A program made the translations under genes and the position numbers. Positions 37,907-48,359 of a stretch of 64,000 nucleotides of DNA are shown here, one piece after another (the first letter of the stretch is position 1; the number at the start of each line of letters is the position of its first letter). Source of the DNA: Limisphaerales bacterium. Lineage in GTDB: Bacteria > Verrucomicrobiota > Verrucomicrobiia > Limisphaerales > JAJOIW01. The notes under the pieces were generated by a model. It was not told where the DNA came from and ran no database searches. It saw only the letters and a list, made by a program, of their open reading frames with translations. The stretch lies in contig CBFHOE010000003.1 in the NCBI GenBank assembly GCA_965657355.1, forward strand, positions 245,520 to 309,519. The letters run 5' to 3'.

Positions 37907-38280
37907 TTTCTTTTTGCCTTTGTTTTTTGTTCATCCTCTCTAATTGACCAAATCATTCTATCAAACGTTGGAATCAGGCATACCCGCGTGTGTCGATGCA
38001 TAATTTCATCAAAAAGAAATTTTGCCTCTAACACGGAAAAATATTTTACGGGTATTGATGGTGAGGCGGGCAATGCAAAGGTTTATGGGTGAGCTTAAAG
38101 TTATTCTGGCTGGCAGATCCGGACGTTTTTGAAAATCAAATCGCAAATAAAGGCTCTTCGAATTAAGAATCTTTTATTTTTTGCCCAAACAATTAAAGAA
38201 ATTGTTGGAATTTTTGCGTGATATCGTCAGACTGTGGTCCATTTTTGCTTAAATAGTTAAATTTACTAAGAAAATAACGA

Positions 38281-40104
38281 ATGAAGAAACGGACACATCA
38301 TTGTAATGAGTTGCGAAGTGAGCATATAGGTCAAGAAGTCATCCTATGCGGCTGGGTGCATTCCAATAGAGACCTCGGCGGTGTGATATTTTTGGATATT
38401 CGTGATAGAGAGGGTCGGACTCAAGCTGTGTTTGATCCCGCTGATCTGCCCGGTGAGATTTTCTCTATTGCAGAGCACGTTCGCAGTGAGACCGTGGTTT
38501 GTGTTTGTGGCAAGGTGAGGCATCGTCCGGAGGGAACGAACAATGAAAAAATTCCTACTGGAGAAGTTGAAGTTCTTGCCAATGAGATTGAAATATTAAA
38601 CAAGGCAGACGTTTTGCCCTTTCCAATTGATGACCCTGAGTCAGCGGGAAAGGTTAATGAAGAGCATCGGCTCAAGTACCGCTACATGGATTTAAGAAGG
38701 CCAGAGATGATTCACAATCTACGGCTTAGAAGTCGCGCAGCAACAGCTACAAGAGTTTTCATGGAGGAGGAAGGGTTTCTGGAAGTTGAGACGCCAACCT
38801 TATTTAAGTCAACCCCCGAAGGTGCCCGCGAATTTGTTGTCCCATGTCGAAACGCGCCGGGTCACTTTTATGCTCTTCCTCAAAGTCCTCAGCAGTTCAA
38901 GCAGGTTTTAATGGTTGGTGGCGTTGAAAAATATTTTCAACTTGCTCGTTGTTATCGAGATGAAGACTTACGGGCGGACAGGCAGCCTGAATTTACTCAG
39001 GTGGATATAGAAATGTCCTTTATCGATCGTGAGGATATTTATGCACTCATCGAAGGGTTGTTAAAGAGGATTTGGAAAACCACCCTCGACATGGATATTT
39101 CCACTCCGTTCCAAAGAATGTCTTTTCAGGAAGCCATGGATCGATTCGGGAGTGATAAGCCAGACCTGAGGTATGCCATGGAAATTGTAGATTTCAGTGA
39201 TGTCTTTGAAGGTTCTAAATTTAATGTCTTCAAAAAAGTTGTTGAGAGTGGTGGAGTCGTAAAGGCAATGAATGTCAAAGGCATGGCCGATGCGACTCAA
39301 GGGCAAATGGAGACCATGACAGATTATGCGATAAGCCATGGAGCCAAAGGCCTTGCTTATATAAAAGTCGTTAATGGTGAGTGGAAATCACCTGTTACAA
39401 AATTTTTTAGTGAGGAGGAAAAAGCTGCTTTAATCGAGCGACTTAAAATTGAAGAGGGCGATTTAATTTTATTTGCAGCTGATAAATGGCTCAATGCTTG
39501 TGAAATACTGGGATTGATTCGCACTTATAACGCGGGTTTATTACAGGCCAAGGGTCTTTTAAAACTGGATCCAATGGATTTTCGATTTCTTTGGGTTATT
39601 GAGTTTCCGCTCTTAGCTTTTGATAAGGAGATGAATCGGTGGTATTCCAGTCACCACCCATTTACAGCGCCCGTTGAGGAAGATGCAGATAAGCTCGATT
39701 CTGATCCGAAAGAAGTCCGCGGCCAGCATTATGACATTGTTGTTAATGGTGTTGAGCTTGGTGGCGGATCGATTCGTATTCACCAGCCGGATCTGCAGCG
39801 AAAAATTTTCCAGGATATTTTGCAGCTTGAGGCAGATACTATCCAAGAAAGATTTGGATATATGCTTGAAGCATTTAAATACGGATGCCCTCCACATGGT
39901 GGGATTGCTCTCGGTTTTGATAGGCTCATTACCCTTCTGACTGGATCCTCCAGTATCAGGGATGTTATTGCATTTCCTAAAACAGCAAAAGGGGCCTGTT
40001 TGATGACGGACTCCCCGGGCACAGTTGATAAGCGTCAGCTTAGAGAGCTCTACATTGACGTTAAAGCTCCTCAGCAAAAGAAAAATCCTGATGAAAAGCA
40101 GTGA
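38281..40104 (+). CDS. aspS: Aspartate--tRNA ligase
   Basis: RTHHC, RDLGGVIFLDIRDR, STPEGARE, LPQSPQ, RDEDLRADRQPEFTQ, PPHGGIALG, IRDVIAFPK. Confidence 0.98.
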   Translation: MKKRTHHCNELRSEHIGQEVILCGWVHSNRDLGGVIFLDIRDREGRTQAVFDPADLPGEIFSIAEHVRSETVVCVCGKVRHRPEGTNNEKIPTGEVEVLANEIEILNKADVLPFPIDDPESAGKVNEEHRLKYRYMDLRRPEMIHNLRLRSRAATATRVFMEEEGFLEVETPTLFKSTPEGAREFVVPCRNAPGHFYALPQSPQQFKQVLMVGGVEKYFQLARCYRDEDLRADRQPEFTQVDIEMSFIDREDIYALIEGLLKRIWKTTLDMDISTPFQRMSFQEAMDRFGSDKPDLRYAMEIVDFSDVFEGSKFNVFKKVVESGGVVKAMNVKGMADATQGQMETMTDYAISHGAKGLAYIKVVNGEWKSPVTKFFSEEEKAALIERLKIEEGDLILFAADKWLNACEILGLIRTYNAGLLQAKGLLKLDPMDFRFLWVIEFPLLAFDKEMNRWYSSHHPFTAPVEEDADKLDSDPKEVRGQHYDIVVNGVELGGGSIRIHQPDLQRKIFQDILQLEADTIQERFGYMLEAFKYGCPPHGGIALGFDRLITLLTGSSSIRDVIAFPKTAKGACLMTDSPGTVDKRQLRELYIDVKAPQQKKNPDEKQ

Positions 40105-40143
40105 ATCTGCGCCTCTGATTCGAATGCAGCTTTCTTAAGTGTT

Positions 40144-41901
40144 TTAAAAATTCTTCATAAGCCACAAACACTGGAATGGTTGGAGCTGGAAAGATCTTTT
40201 GTCAACGGTAAAAACCCCGTCTGACAGAAGATCTAAGTAGGTGCCTTCTTCTAAAGATTCATGCAACTTTAATCCCTCTACTTGGCCTGAGAAGCTATGA
40301 AGGCATAATACAGAAATATTTTTTTCGTCTTTGATCAAAGAACGTTTCACGCAAAAGACTTTATGAGATAGATCGATGATATCCTGGGTTGCTTCCGGAT
40401 CGAAGGCGGCACAGTTCCTTCTTTTTTTAAGAATATTCAGATAGTCTAGAAAGATATTTCTTTGCGCGGATGTGGTATCGCTTAGAAATCGATCAAGTTC
40501 TTTCTGAGTTAATTTTTTCCTGTTGATTCGCCTTGGAATTCCTGAATTTTTTACTCCTTCAAGATCATTCATCGAGGCAAGAAGTGAATGGATATAGATT
40601 CCAGGGATTCCCTTAATTGAAAGAGCTACGATTTGGGAAGCGAGAAATCTTTGCGATGATATTTCAGAATAAGGTTTATCTTCATCTGCCAAAGCACTGA
40701 AGTAAGTTGTGTTCAATTCATAAGGACTCTTAGACCCATCAGGTAGCGATCTGTATGAAACTTCTCCATTTTTCTCTTTGATCTTATCAACTAAGAATGC
40801 AATTTCATCTTCTGAGAGAATCCCTTGTAATGGGCGCATGCCAATGCCATCGTGTGACGAAGTAAAATTAAAAAACGTACAATTCTCAGGTAATTCCGGC
40901 AGGTTCGATGCCCATTTGGTGAGGTGAGAGGCATCTTCCTTTAATAAACCATGGAGCACTAATGGCGGTAAGCTGAACTGATAGACCATATGGGCTTCGT
41001 CACCATTTCCGAAATATGAAATGTTTTCCTCGTGAGGGACATTGGTTTCTGTAAGAAGAATGGACGAAGGAGACACTTGGTTTAAAATGCACCTAATGAG
41101 TTTTATAAATTCATGAGTATTTTCATGATGCATGCAGGATGTTCCAATCTCTTTCCACAGGAAGGCAACGGCATCAAGGCGTATAATTTGAGCCCCCATT
41201 GAAATGTAGAAAAGTAATATATCCAACATTTCAAAAAATACATCAGGATTTGCGAAATTAAGGTCGACCTGATCGGCACTGAATGTCGTCCACACGTATT
41301 TAGTACCATTGCGTGTTTCGACTTTTGTGAGAAGTGGTGATGTTCTTGGTCGGGTGACCATAGAAAGGTCGGTGTCTTTGGATTCCTCGACAAAAAAGTG
41401 GCTGTAAGGTGCGATGCTGTTGGTATAGTATTTGAACCATTGAGATTCTGCTGAGACGTGGTTGAGAACCCAATCAAACATTAATTTGAAGTTGGATCCA
41501 AGAAGCGTGATGTCATTCCAGGTCCCTGACTCCGGATTCACTGCTCGATAATCTTTGACCGAGAATCCATCATCAGAAGAATAAGGGAAAAAGGGGAGTA
41601 AATGGACCGTACTGATTGCTTCTTGTAAATGTTGTGTAGCAAAATTTCTCAGCTGTTTTATCGGCGAGCTCTCCTCTGACAGGAGACTGTCAGCATAGGT
41701 TATGAGCACTACATCCTTCTCTGACCAGATTCCCGTATCTTCCAAACCAGATTTTTGGGATGATTGTGAATGAAGGCCATATCTACCAGTCGTTAATAAA
41801 AGCCTCTTGATAAGTTGATCCAGGTTTGCATCCGGATAGAGAACTCGTAGATGCTTCGAAACCACCTCAAGGAATTCTTTTTGATAAATTTGTCTTAGCA
41901 T
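40144..41901 (-). CDS. GH13_18 sugar phosphorylase (glucosylglycerate phosphorylase-like)
   Basis: VHLLPFFPYSSDDGF, TRPRTSPLLT, WTTFSADQVDLN, RLDAVAFLWK, TETNVPH, SHDGIG, YELN; sits in a gpgS cluster. Confidence 0.9.
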   Translation of the reverse strand: MLRQIYQKEFLEVVSKHLRVLYPDANLDQLIKRLLLTTGRYGLHSQSSQKSGLEDTGIWSEKDVVLITYADSLLSEESSPIKQLRNFATQHLQEAISTVHLLPFFPYSSDDGFSVKDYRAVNPESGTWNDITLLGSNFKLMFDWVLNHVSAESQWFKYYTNSIAPYSHFFVEESKDTDLSMVTRPRTSPLLTKVETRNGTKYVWTTFSADQVDLNFANPDVFFEMLDILLFYISMGAQIIRLDAVAFLWKEIGTSCMHHENTHEFIKLIRCILNQVSPSSILLTETNVPHEENISYFGNGDEAHMVYQFSLPPLVLHGLLKEDASHLTKWASNLPELPENCTFFNFTSSHDGIGMRPLQGILSEDEIAFLVDKIKEKNGEVSYRSLPDGSKSPYELNTTYFSALADEDKPYSEISSQRFLASQIVALSIKGIPGIYIHSLLASMNDLEGVKNSGIPRRINRKKLTQKELDRFLSDTTSAQRNIFLDYLNILKKRRNCAAFDPEATQDIIDLSHKVFCVKRSLIKDEKNISVLCLHSFSGQVEGLKLHESLEEGTYLDLLSDGVFTVDKRSFQLQPFQCLWLMKNF

Positions 41902-41927
41902 TTTTTAGGGTATGAGTTTTGATGGTT

Positions 41928-43199
41928 CTATATGCCAGTAAGGCTGGTGATTATCGTTCTTAAACTTCGCCTCAGAGCTCCGTAGCCATAGAATTTTTTT
42001 GCTAATTCATAGTTGTCATTAACTATCGATTCTCGGTAGTCCGAGTCAGAGAGTAACCTCTTAACTTCGTTTACGACTTGTGTATTTACGAAGCCGTCCA
42101 TAATTGGGAGCCGGAACCCGTTCGGTTCAATGTCCTGCGCAAAAATAGAATACCTATTGATGACCACTGGAACTTTGAAATAAAAAGCTTCTAATAGAGC
42201 ATTTCCAAAACCTTCATATATGCTGGGGAATGTCACCAAATCTGCATGAGGGTAAATATCCCACAATGTGTAATTTTTTCTGCCAGATTGGTCCAATTGT
42301 CTGAATTCCGAGACTCTATCATCAACGAATCTAAGATCCACATTTTCCTCAGCTGCCAACTCCTCGATCATGTGTTTATATTCTGGCCCCTCGTCACCTG
42401 ATTCGTGAGTGATAACTAATTTACACCTGGGATTATTGAGTTGGCTGATCAGTTTGATAGCGTGTTCGATTCCCTTTCGGGCAACCACACGAGTTGGTTG
42501 AAGTACTAAAATATCGTCCTCTGCGATGCCGATTTCTTGTCTGAAATCCTTGGAATAGTTGTCTACCTTAGGAGGGTCTGCCTCAAAATGAAAAACATTC
42601 GGGATGAGCAAAGATGAGACTCCTTTTCTCAAAGAAAGTTGTTCTTGTGCGGCTTGGTTGATCACCACATGCCTGACCGAGTTTCCACGAGCAGGGAAGG
42701 CCATGTCCAAATAATCATGAACGGAATTAATGGAGAATCGAGATCGTTCCCAATAAAAATCGTGATGGTGTGCAATCACCGGTATTTGAGTTTCCGCTAT
42801 AAACTCAGTCACAGCAATTCCAAACGGTAGATGCATTGGTATTGTCAGAACATTTTGAGGTATGAGTAAATTTATATCAAATTTATCAACAAATTCATAC
42901 AGGGTTGATTTGAGATATTCCGCTACCTCTCGTATTCTTTCAGAGACAATGGGAGGCCTTTTGGAAATCCCCCAAATATATTTATTAATCCAAACGATTT
43001 CAGGGTGCGCGAAATGGGCCTCGGGAACACACATGCTGATTGAAGGATCTCGATCGAGAAGCCCTGCATACCAAAAGGAAACATTTCTGTCTTCCCATAA
43101 AACTTCTGCCCATTTTGCACTTTCTAGTGACACTCCGTCATTTCCAGCAAATCTGGTGGAAACGAATCCGACCCTAAGTCCATCTGTTACGCTGTCCAT
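41928..43199 (-). CDS. GT4 glycosyltransferase, mannosylglucosylglycerate synthase-like
   Basis: STRFAGNDGVSLESAKW, AHHHDFYWER, QPTRVVARKGIE, YEGFGNALLEA. Confidence 0.8.
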   Translation of the reverse strand: MDSVTDGLRVGFVSTRFAGNDGVSLESAKWAEVLWEDRNVSFWYAGLLDRDPSISMCVPEAHFAHPEIVWINKYIWGISKRPPIVSERIREVAEYLKSTLYEFVDKFDINLLIPQNVLTIPMHLPFGIAVTEFIAETQIPVIAHHHDFYWERSRFSINSVHDYLDMAFPARGNSVRHVVINQAAQEQLSLRKGVSSLLIPNVFHFEADPPKVDNYSKDFRQEIGIAEDDILVLQPTRVVARKGIEHAIKLISQLNNPRCKLVITHESGDEGPEYKHMIEELAAEENVDLRFVDDRVSEFRQLDQSGRKNYTLWDIYPHADLVTFPSIYEGFGNALLEAFYFKVPVVINRYSIFAQDIEPNGFRLPIMDGFVNTQVVNEVKRLLSDSDYRESIVNDNYELAKKFYGYGALRRSLRTIITSLTGI

Positions 43200-43324
43200 T
43201 TTGGCATTTTCTTAACAAAAACTGAGGCAACTTATTTCAGAAACCTACGAAAATCAAAGCACAATAGATTCGAAATCGAATAGTCAGGCTTTTAATCCTC
43301 TATTCGTCCGTTTATATTGACTTT

Positions 43325-44503
43325 ATGGAAAGGCAAATGCCAGCGCTTAATCCAATTTTAAATAAATTAGATGAGATTAAAGAACAAACTGCCCAGAACA
43401 AAGAAATCTTATTAGCCAATCTTGTGATGGCTGGAGAAATTCCAGCAGAAACATTTAAGGAGCAAAATAGGAAGACCTTCATGTTGGACAGGTTTCGTGA
43501 ATGCGGCCTCGACAAAATCTCTACTGATGAAGTCGACAATGCATACGCTATTCTCCCAGGTAAGACCAATCGCAATATTTTAGTTTCGGCGCACATGGAC
43601 ACCTTGTTTCCCAACACCGTTGATCACACGGTTCGCGTGGAACAAGAAGTCATCACAGGTGCAGGGATAGCCGATAACAGTCTCGGAGTAGCCGTTGTCA
43701 CATCGCTTCCTACCCTATTGCAGGAGATGGGGATTCAATTTCAATCTAACATCTTGCTGATGGGAGCCTCTAGAAGTTTGGGTAGAGGGAACTTGCAAGG
43801 CATTTCTTTTTTCCTAGAAAATTTTTCATCACCAATTGAGGCTGGGATTTTTGTTGAAGGGGTTAATTTGGGAAGAGTTTCATACAATAGCCTCGGAATG
43901 CTAAGAGGAGAAGTCATGCTTAGAAGTAAAATTTCTAATAATGATTCGGGAATGACCACGGGAACTATCGAATCTTTGGCAGAGCTTATTTCAAAACTTC
44001 AAACGATCCCTATTCCTAATAAACCGAAGACTCAAATTTTATTGGGCTCATGTCATGCTGGGAAGTCCTTTAATAAACCAGCTGATGAAGCAAGGTTGAG
44101 GTTTGAAGTGACCAGCGAAGAGGTTGGTATGGTATCCCGCATAAACGACCATGTTTGTGAGATCATTCAGGAGATAGAAAGTGAATCTGGCCTAAACATT
44201 TGGTTAGAGGAAATAGCCAGGCGCAAACCAGGTGGCATTGGGTTTTCCCATCCATTGACCTCAATGGCTCGCAAAACCCTGAACAAATTGCGAGTGACAC
44301 CGACAGTCAGACCAAGTATGGGTGAACTGTCTGCTCTTATCGATAGATCCATCCCAGGTCTCACCCTGGGAATCACGAAAGCGGCAACTCATGATTTTAA
44401 TAAAGAAGCTGTGTATATAGAACCAATGTATTCTGGAATTGCTCAGCTGATAGCTGTTCTTATGTCAATTGATGAAGGGATTTGTAATGAAAGCAAAAAT
44501 TGA
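43325..44503 (+). CDS. M20/M25/M40-fold protein with degenerate active site
   Basis: SAHMDT and GIADNSLG present, but the EE motif position reads RSLGRGNLQG. Confidence 0.75.
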   Translation: MERQMPALNPILNKLDEIKEQTAQNKEILLANLVMAGEIPAETFKEQNRKTFMLDRFRECGLDKISTDEVDNAYAILPGKTNRNILVSAHMDTLFPNTVDHTVRVEQEVITGAGIADNSLGVAVVTSLPTLLQEMGIQFQSNILLMGASRSLGRGNLQGISFFLENFSSPIEAGIFVEGVNLGRVSYNSLGMLRGEVMLRSKISNNDSGMTTGTIESLAELISKLQTIPIPNKPKTQILLGSCHAGKSFNKPADEARLRFEVTSEEVGMVSRINDHVCEIIQEIESESGLNIWLEEIARRKPGGIGFSHPLTSMARKTLNKLRVTPTVRPSMGELSALIDRSIPGLTLGITKAATHDFNKEAVYIEPMYSGIAQLIAVLMSIDEGICNESKN

Positions 44504-45473
44504 AAACTGGCTGGAAAATAAGACATTTCACCACTCTCAATTCTGGGACCTCTTAAAGCTGGTTGAGCAAAAGGAGAAAAAGGGACTTAAGATATCACTG
44601 TGCATTCCTGCCCTGAATGAAGAGAAAACCATTGGTAAGGAAATCGTGATATTCAAGAGCGAATTAGTTAATAGATATCCTCTTATTGATGAAATCGCTG
44701 TTATCGATTCTGGCTCTACGGATAAAACTTTGGAGGTCGCTGCATCTTTCGGCGCAGATACCTATTTAGCTGAAGATATTTTGCCCGAAGCTGGGCACAA
44801 GAAGGGAAAAGGGGAAAACCTTTGGAAAGCCATTTATCAGTTAAAAGGTGATATTATTGTTTACGTTGATGCTGACATAGCCAATATTCACCCGAGATTC
44901 GTTTATGGTCTGGTCGGCCCGTTGTTGTATGAAGATGAGATAAAGTATGTCAAAGCCTTCTATGACCGACCATTGGCCTTTTCACAAGGCGTTCGACCTT
45001 CCGGCGGTGGGCGTGTGACAGAAATATTAGTCAGGCCCCTTTTCTCGATGTTCCTTCCGGAGTTATCGGCCATCATTCAACCTCTTTCTGGGGAGTATGC
45101 CGTCAGGCGCGATGTCCTGGAAAAAATCGCTTTTCCTATTGGATACGGTGTCGAGACCTCCCACATCCTTGATGTTTATAAACAATGGGGAATGAATGCT
45201 TTCGCCCAAACCGATTTAGATCAACGTGTCCACAGAAATCAAGCCACGACAGCACTCGGGAAAATGTCATTTGGGATCTTGCAAAGCTTTCTGACAAGGC
45301 TTGAACAATTTGATATGATCAAAGACATGGCGGAGCTTCAAAAGATATACAGACATTTTGAAGCTCAAGATAGTGAATACCGAATTATTGAAAAGGAAAT
45401 TCAGGAAGAGGAGCGTCCGCCAATGATGACCATTCCTGCCTATCGAGATAAATTTCATCCTACTAAGAGCTAA
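44487..45473 (+). CDS. gpgS: Glucosyl-3-phosphoglycerate synthase
   Basis: IPALNEE.TI, IDSGSTD, GKGENLW, VDADI, KAFYDRP, GGGRVTE, QPLSGEYA, GYGVE, HRNQ; start ATG 44487 after GAAGGGA. Confidence 0.92.
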   Translation: MKAKIENWLENKTFHHSQFWDLLKLVEQKEKKGLKISLCIPALNEEKTIGKEIVIFKSELVNRYPLIDEIAVIDSGSTDKTLEVAASFGADTYLAEDILPEAGHKKGKGENLWKAIYQLKGDIIVYVDADIANIHPRFVYGLVGPLLYEDEIKYVKAFYDRPLAFSQGVRPSGGGRVTEILVRPLFSMFLPELSAIIQPLSGEYAVRRDVLEKIAFPIGYGVETSHILDVYKQWGMNAFAQTDLDQRVHRNQATTALGKMSFGILQSFLTRLEQFDMIKDMAELQKIYRHFEAQDSEYRIIEKEIQEEERPPMMTIPAYRDKFHPTKS

Positions 45474-45500
45474 ACTTGAGTTTTTTTAACAATTAATTAG

Positions 45501-47006
45501 ATGAAGGTTGTCATAGTTCATTATCATTTGAAGAGAGGTGGAGTCACTAAGGTACTGGAATCCTCAGTTCCCCTTCTCAGCGATTTGGGCCATGAACTTG
45601 TCGTGTTATCCAGTGATTTACCTTCCACCGATTCTCCTCTCTATTCCTATTGTCAATGTGTTCCTGAATTGGCGTATGACAATGATTTTGACATTCAGGG
45701 TGAATCTGGACTTGCCCGAAGACTTTTAGAGTCGGCCCGCATGAAGCTAGGCTCCTCACCAGATATTTGGCATTTTCACAACCATCATTTGGGAAAGAAT
45801 TTTAGGCTCACCAAAGCGGTGGGGGATCTTGGCCAAATGGGCGAGCACCTACTACTCCACATTCATGATTTCCCAGAAGACGGTCGGCAGATTAATTATA
45901 GTTGCTTGAGATTTGCCGCCAGTGCAGTCAACAAAAGTCTTTCCGAATACCTATACCCTCATGGAGAGGCATCTAACATCCATTACGGTGTCTTAAACAA
46001 TCGCGATTACAACATTTTAAATCAAAGTGGTTTGACAGATCAGAATTTGCACCTGATTCCCAATCCCATCTCTAACTTTGAATCTGAAAATGGTATTCAA
46101 AATGAAGCCTCTCATACTCGCGATATGATATGCAAAAAGGGGGAGTCGCAATTTCTTCTTTATCCCAGTCGGTGCATTCGCAGGAAGAATATTGGAGAAG
46201 CCATTCTTTGGGGGCTTATTTCATCACAATTAGATAACCCATATCATATTGGGCTGACCTTAAAGCCTGAAAATCCCAAGGCACTCGACATATATAATAA
46301 TTGGGTAGAGTGGGGGGAAGAACTGGCTTTGCCTGTTAGCTTTGAGCTCGGGAATAGCTCCCGATGGTCATTCCGCGATTTGCTCAATGCCTGTGATGGT
46401 TTCCTCACGACGAGTGTCGCGGAAGGATTCGGCCTGGCATTTCTTGAGCCTTGGTTGATGAACAAAGGAATAGTCGGTAGAAACCTACCCGATATAACCA
46501 GCGATTTCTCAAGTATTGGGGTTGATTTTGGCGAATCTCTTTATGATAAGATAATGGTTCCCCTTGATTGGTTAGCTCACAAGAAGATAGATTTTATTGG
46601 CGATTTTACAAGAGCGGTAGAACAGTCTTATGATGCGTATTCTTGTGATCTTTCCCAAGATCAACTTCAGGCAGCGTTGGAAGAAATGATAGTCGAGGGC
46701 AGGGTAGACTTTGGGCGATTAAGCGAAAACCATATGAATGCTATTTTGGCTGCGCTCAGGTCAGATACAGATATGGTCCTGGAGATTGTTCCACGCGAAC
46801 TCCCTTCTTTGCCATCATCTGAATTAATCGATTCTAACAAGTCTGTTATTTTAGATCATTATTCGGCTGAAAAATATGTTATTGGATTGGGGCATATTTA
46901 TAAATCAATTGGAGAAGGGAATGCCGGGCATGGCGGGGTCGTCTCAGCTGAAAAGGTTTTGAGTTCTTTTTTACATCCGGGCAATTTCAAATTTCTGTGC
47001 ACATAA
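45501..47006 (+). CDS. GT4-type glycosyltransferase (possible mannosylglucosyl-3-phosphoglycerate synthase)
   Basis: HYHLKRGGVTKV, HNHHLGKN, HDFPEDGR, RCIRRKNIGE, EGFGLAFLEPW. Confidence 0.75.
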   Translation: MKVVIVHYHLKRGGVTKVLESSVPLLSDLGHELVVLSSDLPSTDSPLYSYCQCVPELAYDNDFDIQGESGLARRLLESARMKLGSSPDIWHFHNHHLGKNFRLTKAVGDLGQMGEHLLLHIHDFPEDGRQINYSCLRFAASAVNKSLSEYLYPHGEASNIHYGVLNNRDYNILNQSGLTDQNLHLIPNPISNFESENGIQNEASHTRDMICKKGESQFLLYPSRCIRRKNIGEAILWGLISSQLDNPYHIGLTLKPENPKALDIYNNWVEWGEELALPVSFELGNSSRWSFRDLLNACDGFLTTSVAEGFGLAFLEPWLMNKGIVGRNLPDITSDFSSIGVDFGESLYDKIMVPLDWLAHKKIDFIGDFTRAVEQSYDAYSCDLSQDQLQAALEEMIVEGRVDFGRLSENHMNAILAALRSDTDMVLEIVPRELPSLPSSELIDSNKSVILDHYSAEKYVIGLGHIYKSIGEGNAGHGGVVSAEKVLSSFLHPGNFKFLCT

Positions 47007-47942
47007 GTGAGTAATTTATCCCATAATATACCTGTCGGAACGCAGGAATCGGTTAAGCAAATTATCAGAAACAATTCGCGATCAATAGTGCCAGATTTGC
47101 CTGATTGGGATTTTGATGTTTCTCCAATACCTCCTTTTTCCGCAGTTGTTTTTGATGTTTACGGGACAATGGTATGCTCTGGTGTAGGGGATATTTCTCT
47201 GACTCAAGAGTCAACCGGGAATAAGTATTTTTTTGATGCTCTGCGTCACTCCATCGGCAATGCAGAGGAGTGGATTGATTGTGCTCATTCCAAAAACTTT
47301 TCTCCTCGAAAAGCATTTCGTGATCTCATATTGAAGGAACACGAAGCCGGGCGAATCAAGGGGATTGAATTTCCTGAAGTTGATATTCTCAAGATATGGG
47401 AAAATTTATTGTCTCGGTGGGGGAGTGATAGCTTATTTCAAAATCTGACGAATCATGATTTAGCAATCGTGGCAACACACTATGAATTTGCTGTAAATCC
47501 AGTGTGGTTATACAAGGGTGTTAAAGAGACTTTAAAAAAATTACATACCAATTCTATCCCGATGGGAATCGTGTCAAATTCTCAATTTTATACGCCATTA
47601 ATGTTGGAAGTATTTTTGGATAATGATCTCCCCTCGGCAGGGTTTGATCCGAGATTGTGTGTTTGGTCGTATAAAGAATTCGTAGGCAAGCCTGATAAAA
47701 AGATATACGAGATTGCAGCAGCGCGTCTCTTTGAGCATTATCAAATAAAACCCAATGACGTTTTATATATTGGGAATGACATGCTAAAAGATGTGGTGGC
47801 ATCGCAATCAGTAGGATTTAAAGCCGCCCTCTTTGCTGGTGATAAGCAGTCATTGAGGCTAAAGAAAAACGACCCTTTATGCTTCAATAAAAATCCAGAC
47901 TGGGTTTTCAATAACTGGGAAAATGCTATTGAGATGGCTTAG
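47007..47942 (+). CDS. HAD-family phosphatase (probable sugar-phosphoglycerate phosphatase)
   Basis: FDVYGT, VSNSQFYT, KP, IGNDMLKD; abuts the GT gene. Confidence 0.85.
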   Translation: MSNLSHNIPVGTQESVKQIIRNNSRSIVPDLPDWDFDVSPIPPFSAVVFDVYGTMVCSGVGDISLTQESTGNKYFFDALRHSIGNAEEWIDCAHSKNFSPRKAFRDLILKEHEAGRIKGIEFPEVDILKIWENLLSRWGSDSLFQNLTNHDLAIVATHYEFAVNPVWLYKGVKETLKKLHTNSIPMGIVSNSQFYTPLMLEVFLDNDLPSAGFDPRLCVWSYKEFVGKPDKKIYEIAAARLFEHYQIKPNDVLYIGNDMLKDVVASQSVGFKAALFAGDKQSLRLKKNDPLCFNKNPDWVFNNWENAIEMA

Positions 47943-48357
47943 AGTCAATGATTGCTTCTTGAGTTAAAGCTTGGATTTTAGTTAATCCAGCTTGTTGCAC
48001 GGATTGCCAAATTCTCATCACGATGCCATACGGAGCATCTTTATCTGCGTTCAGCGCGATTCGGGTTTCAGGATTTTTTCGGGCAATATCCTCAAAAACA
48101 AACTTAATATCCTCTATGTCAGTAAGTGCTTGGTTGATATAGATGGCTGGAGGGGTCGTTGTGATAGATACAACTACAACTTCTGGTTTTTCGGTGCTGG
48201 TTGATTCACCTGCTCTCGGTAAATTAATCTCCACAACAGGAAATTTTCTAAAAGATGTCGTAACGAGCAAAAAAATGAGGACGACCAATAATATGTCAAT
48301 CAATGGCACGATAAGAATTTCAGGCGATCTTTTGGGTTTTGGAGAACCAAATGCCAT
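47926..48357 (-). CDS. Biopolymer transport protein ExbD/TolR
   Basis: VPLIDILLVVLIFLLVT, INLP, ADKDAPYG. Confidence 0.92.
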   Translation of the reverse strand: MAFGSPKPKRSPEILIVPLIDILLVVLIFLLVTTSFRKFPVVEINLPRAGESTSTEKPEVVVVSITTTPPAIYINQALTDIEDIKFVFEDIARKNPETRIALNADKDAPYGIVMRIWQSVQQAGLTKIQALTQEAIIDSKPSQ

Positions 48358-48359
48358 GT

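Noticed and set aside
37819..38073. 84-aa minus-strand ORF
   Set aside because: Antisense shadow of tRNA-Gly
37907..38280. Integrative element at the tRNA-Gly 3' end
   Set aside because: No integrase and no duplicated tRNA 3' end seen; followed directly by aspS
38281..38560. AspRS discriminating versus non-discriminating call
   Set aside because: Signature positions are mixed (RDLGG but RPEG); cannot decide from sequence alone
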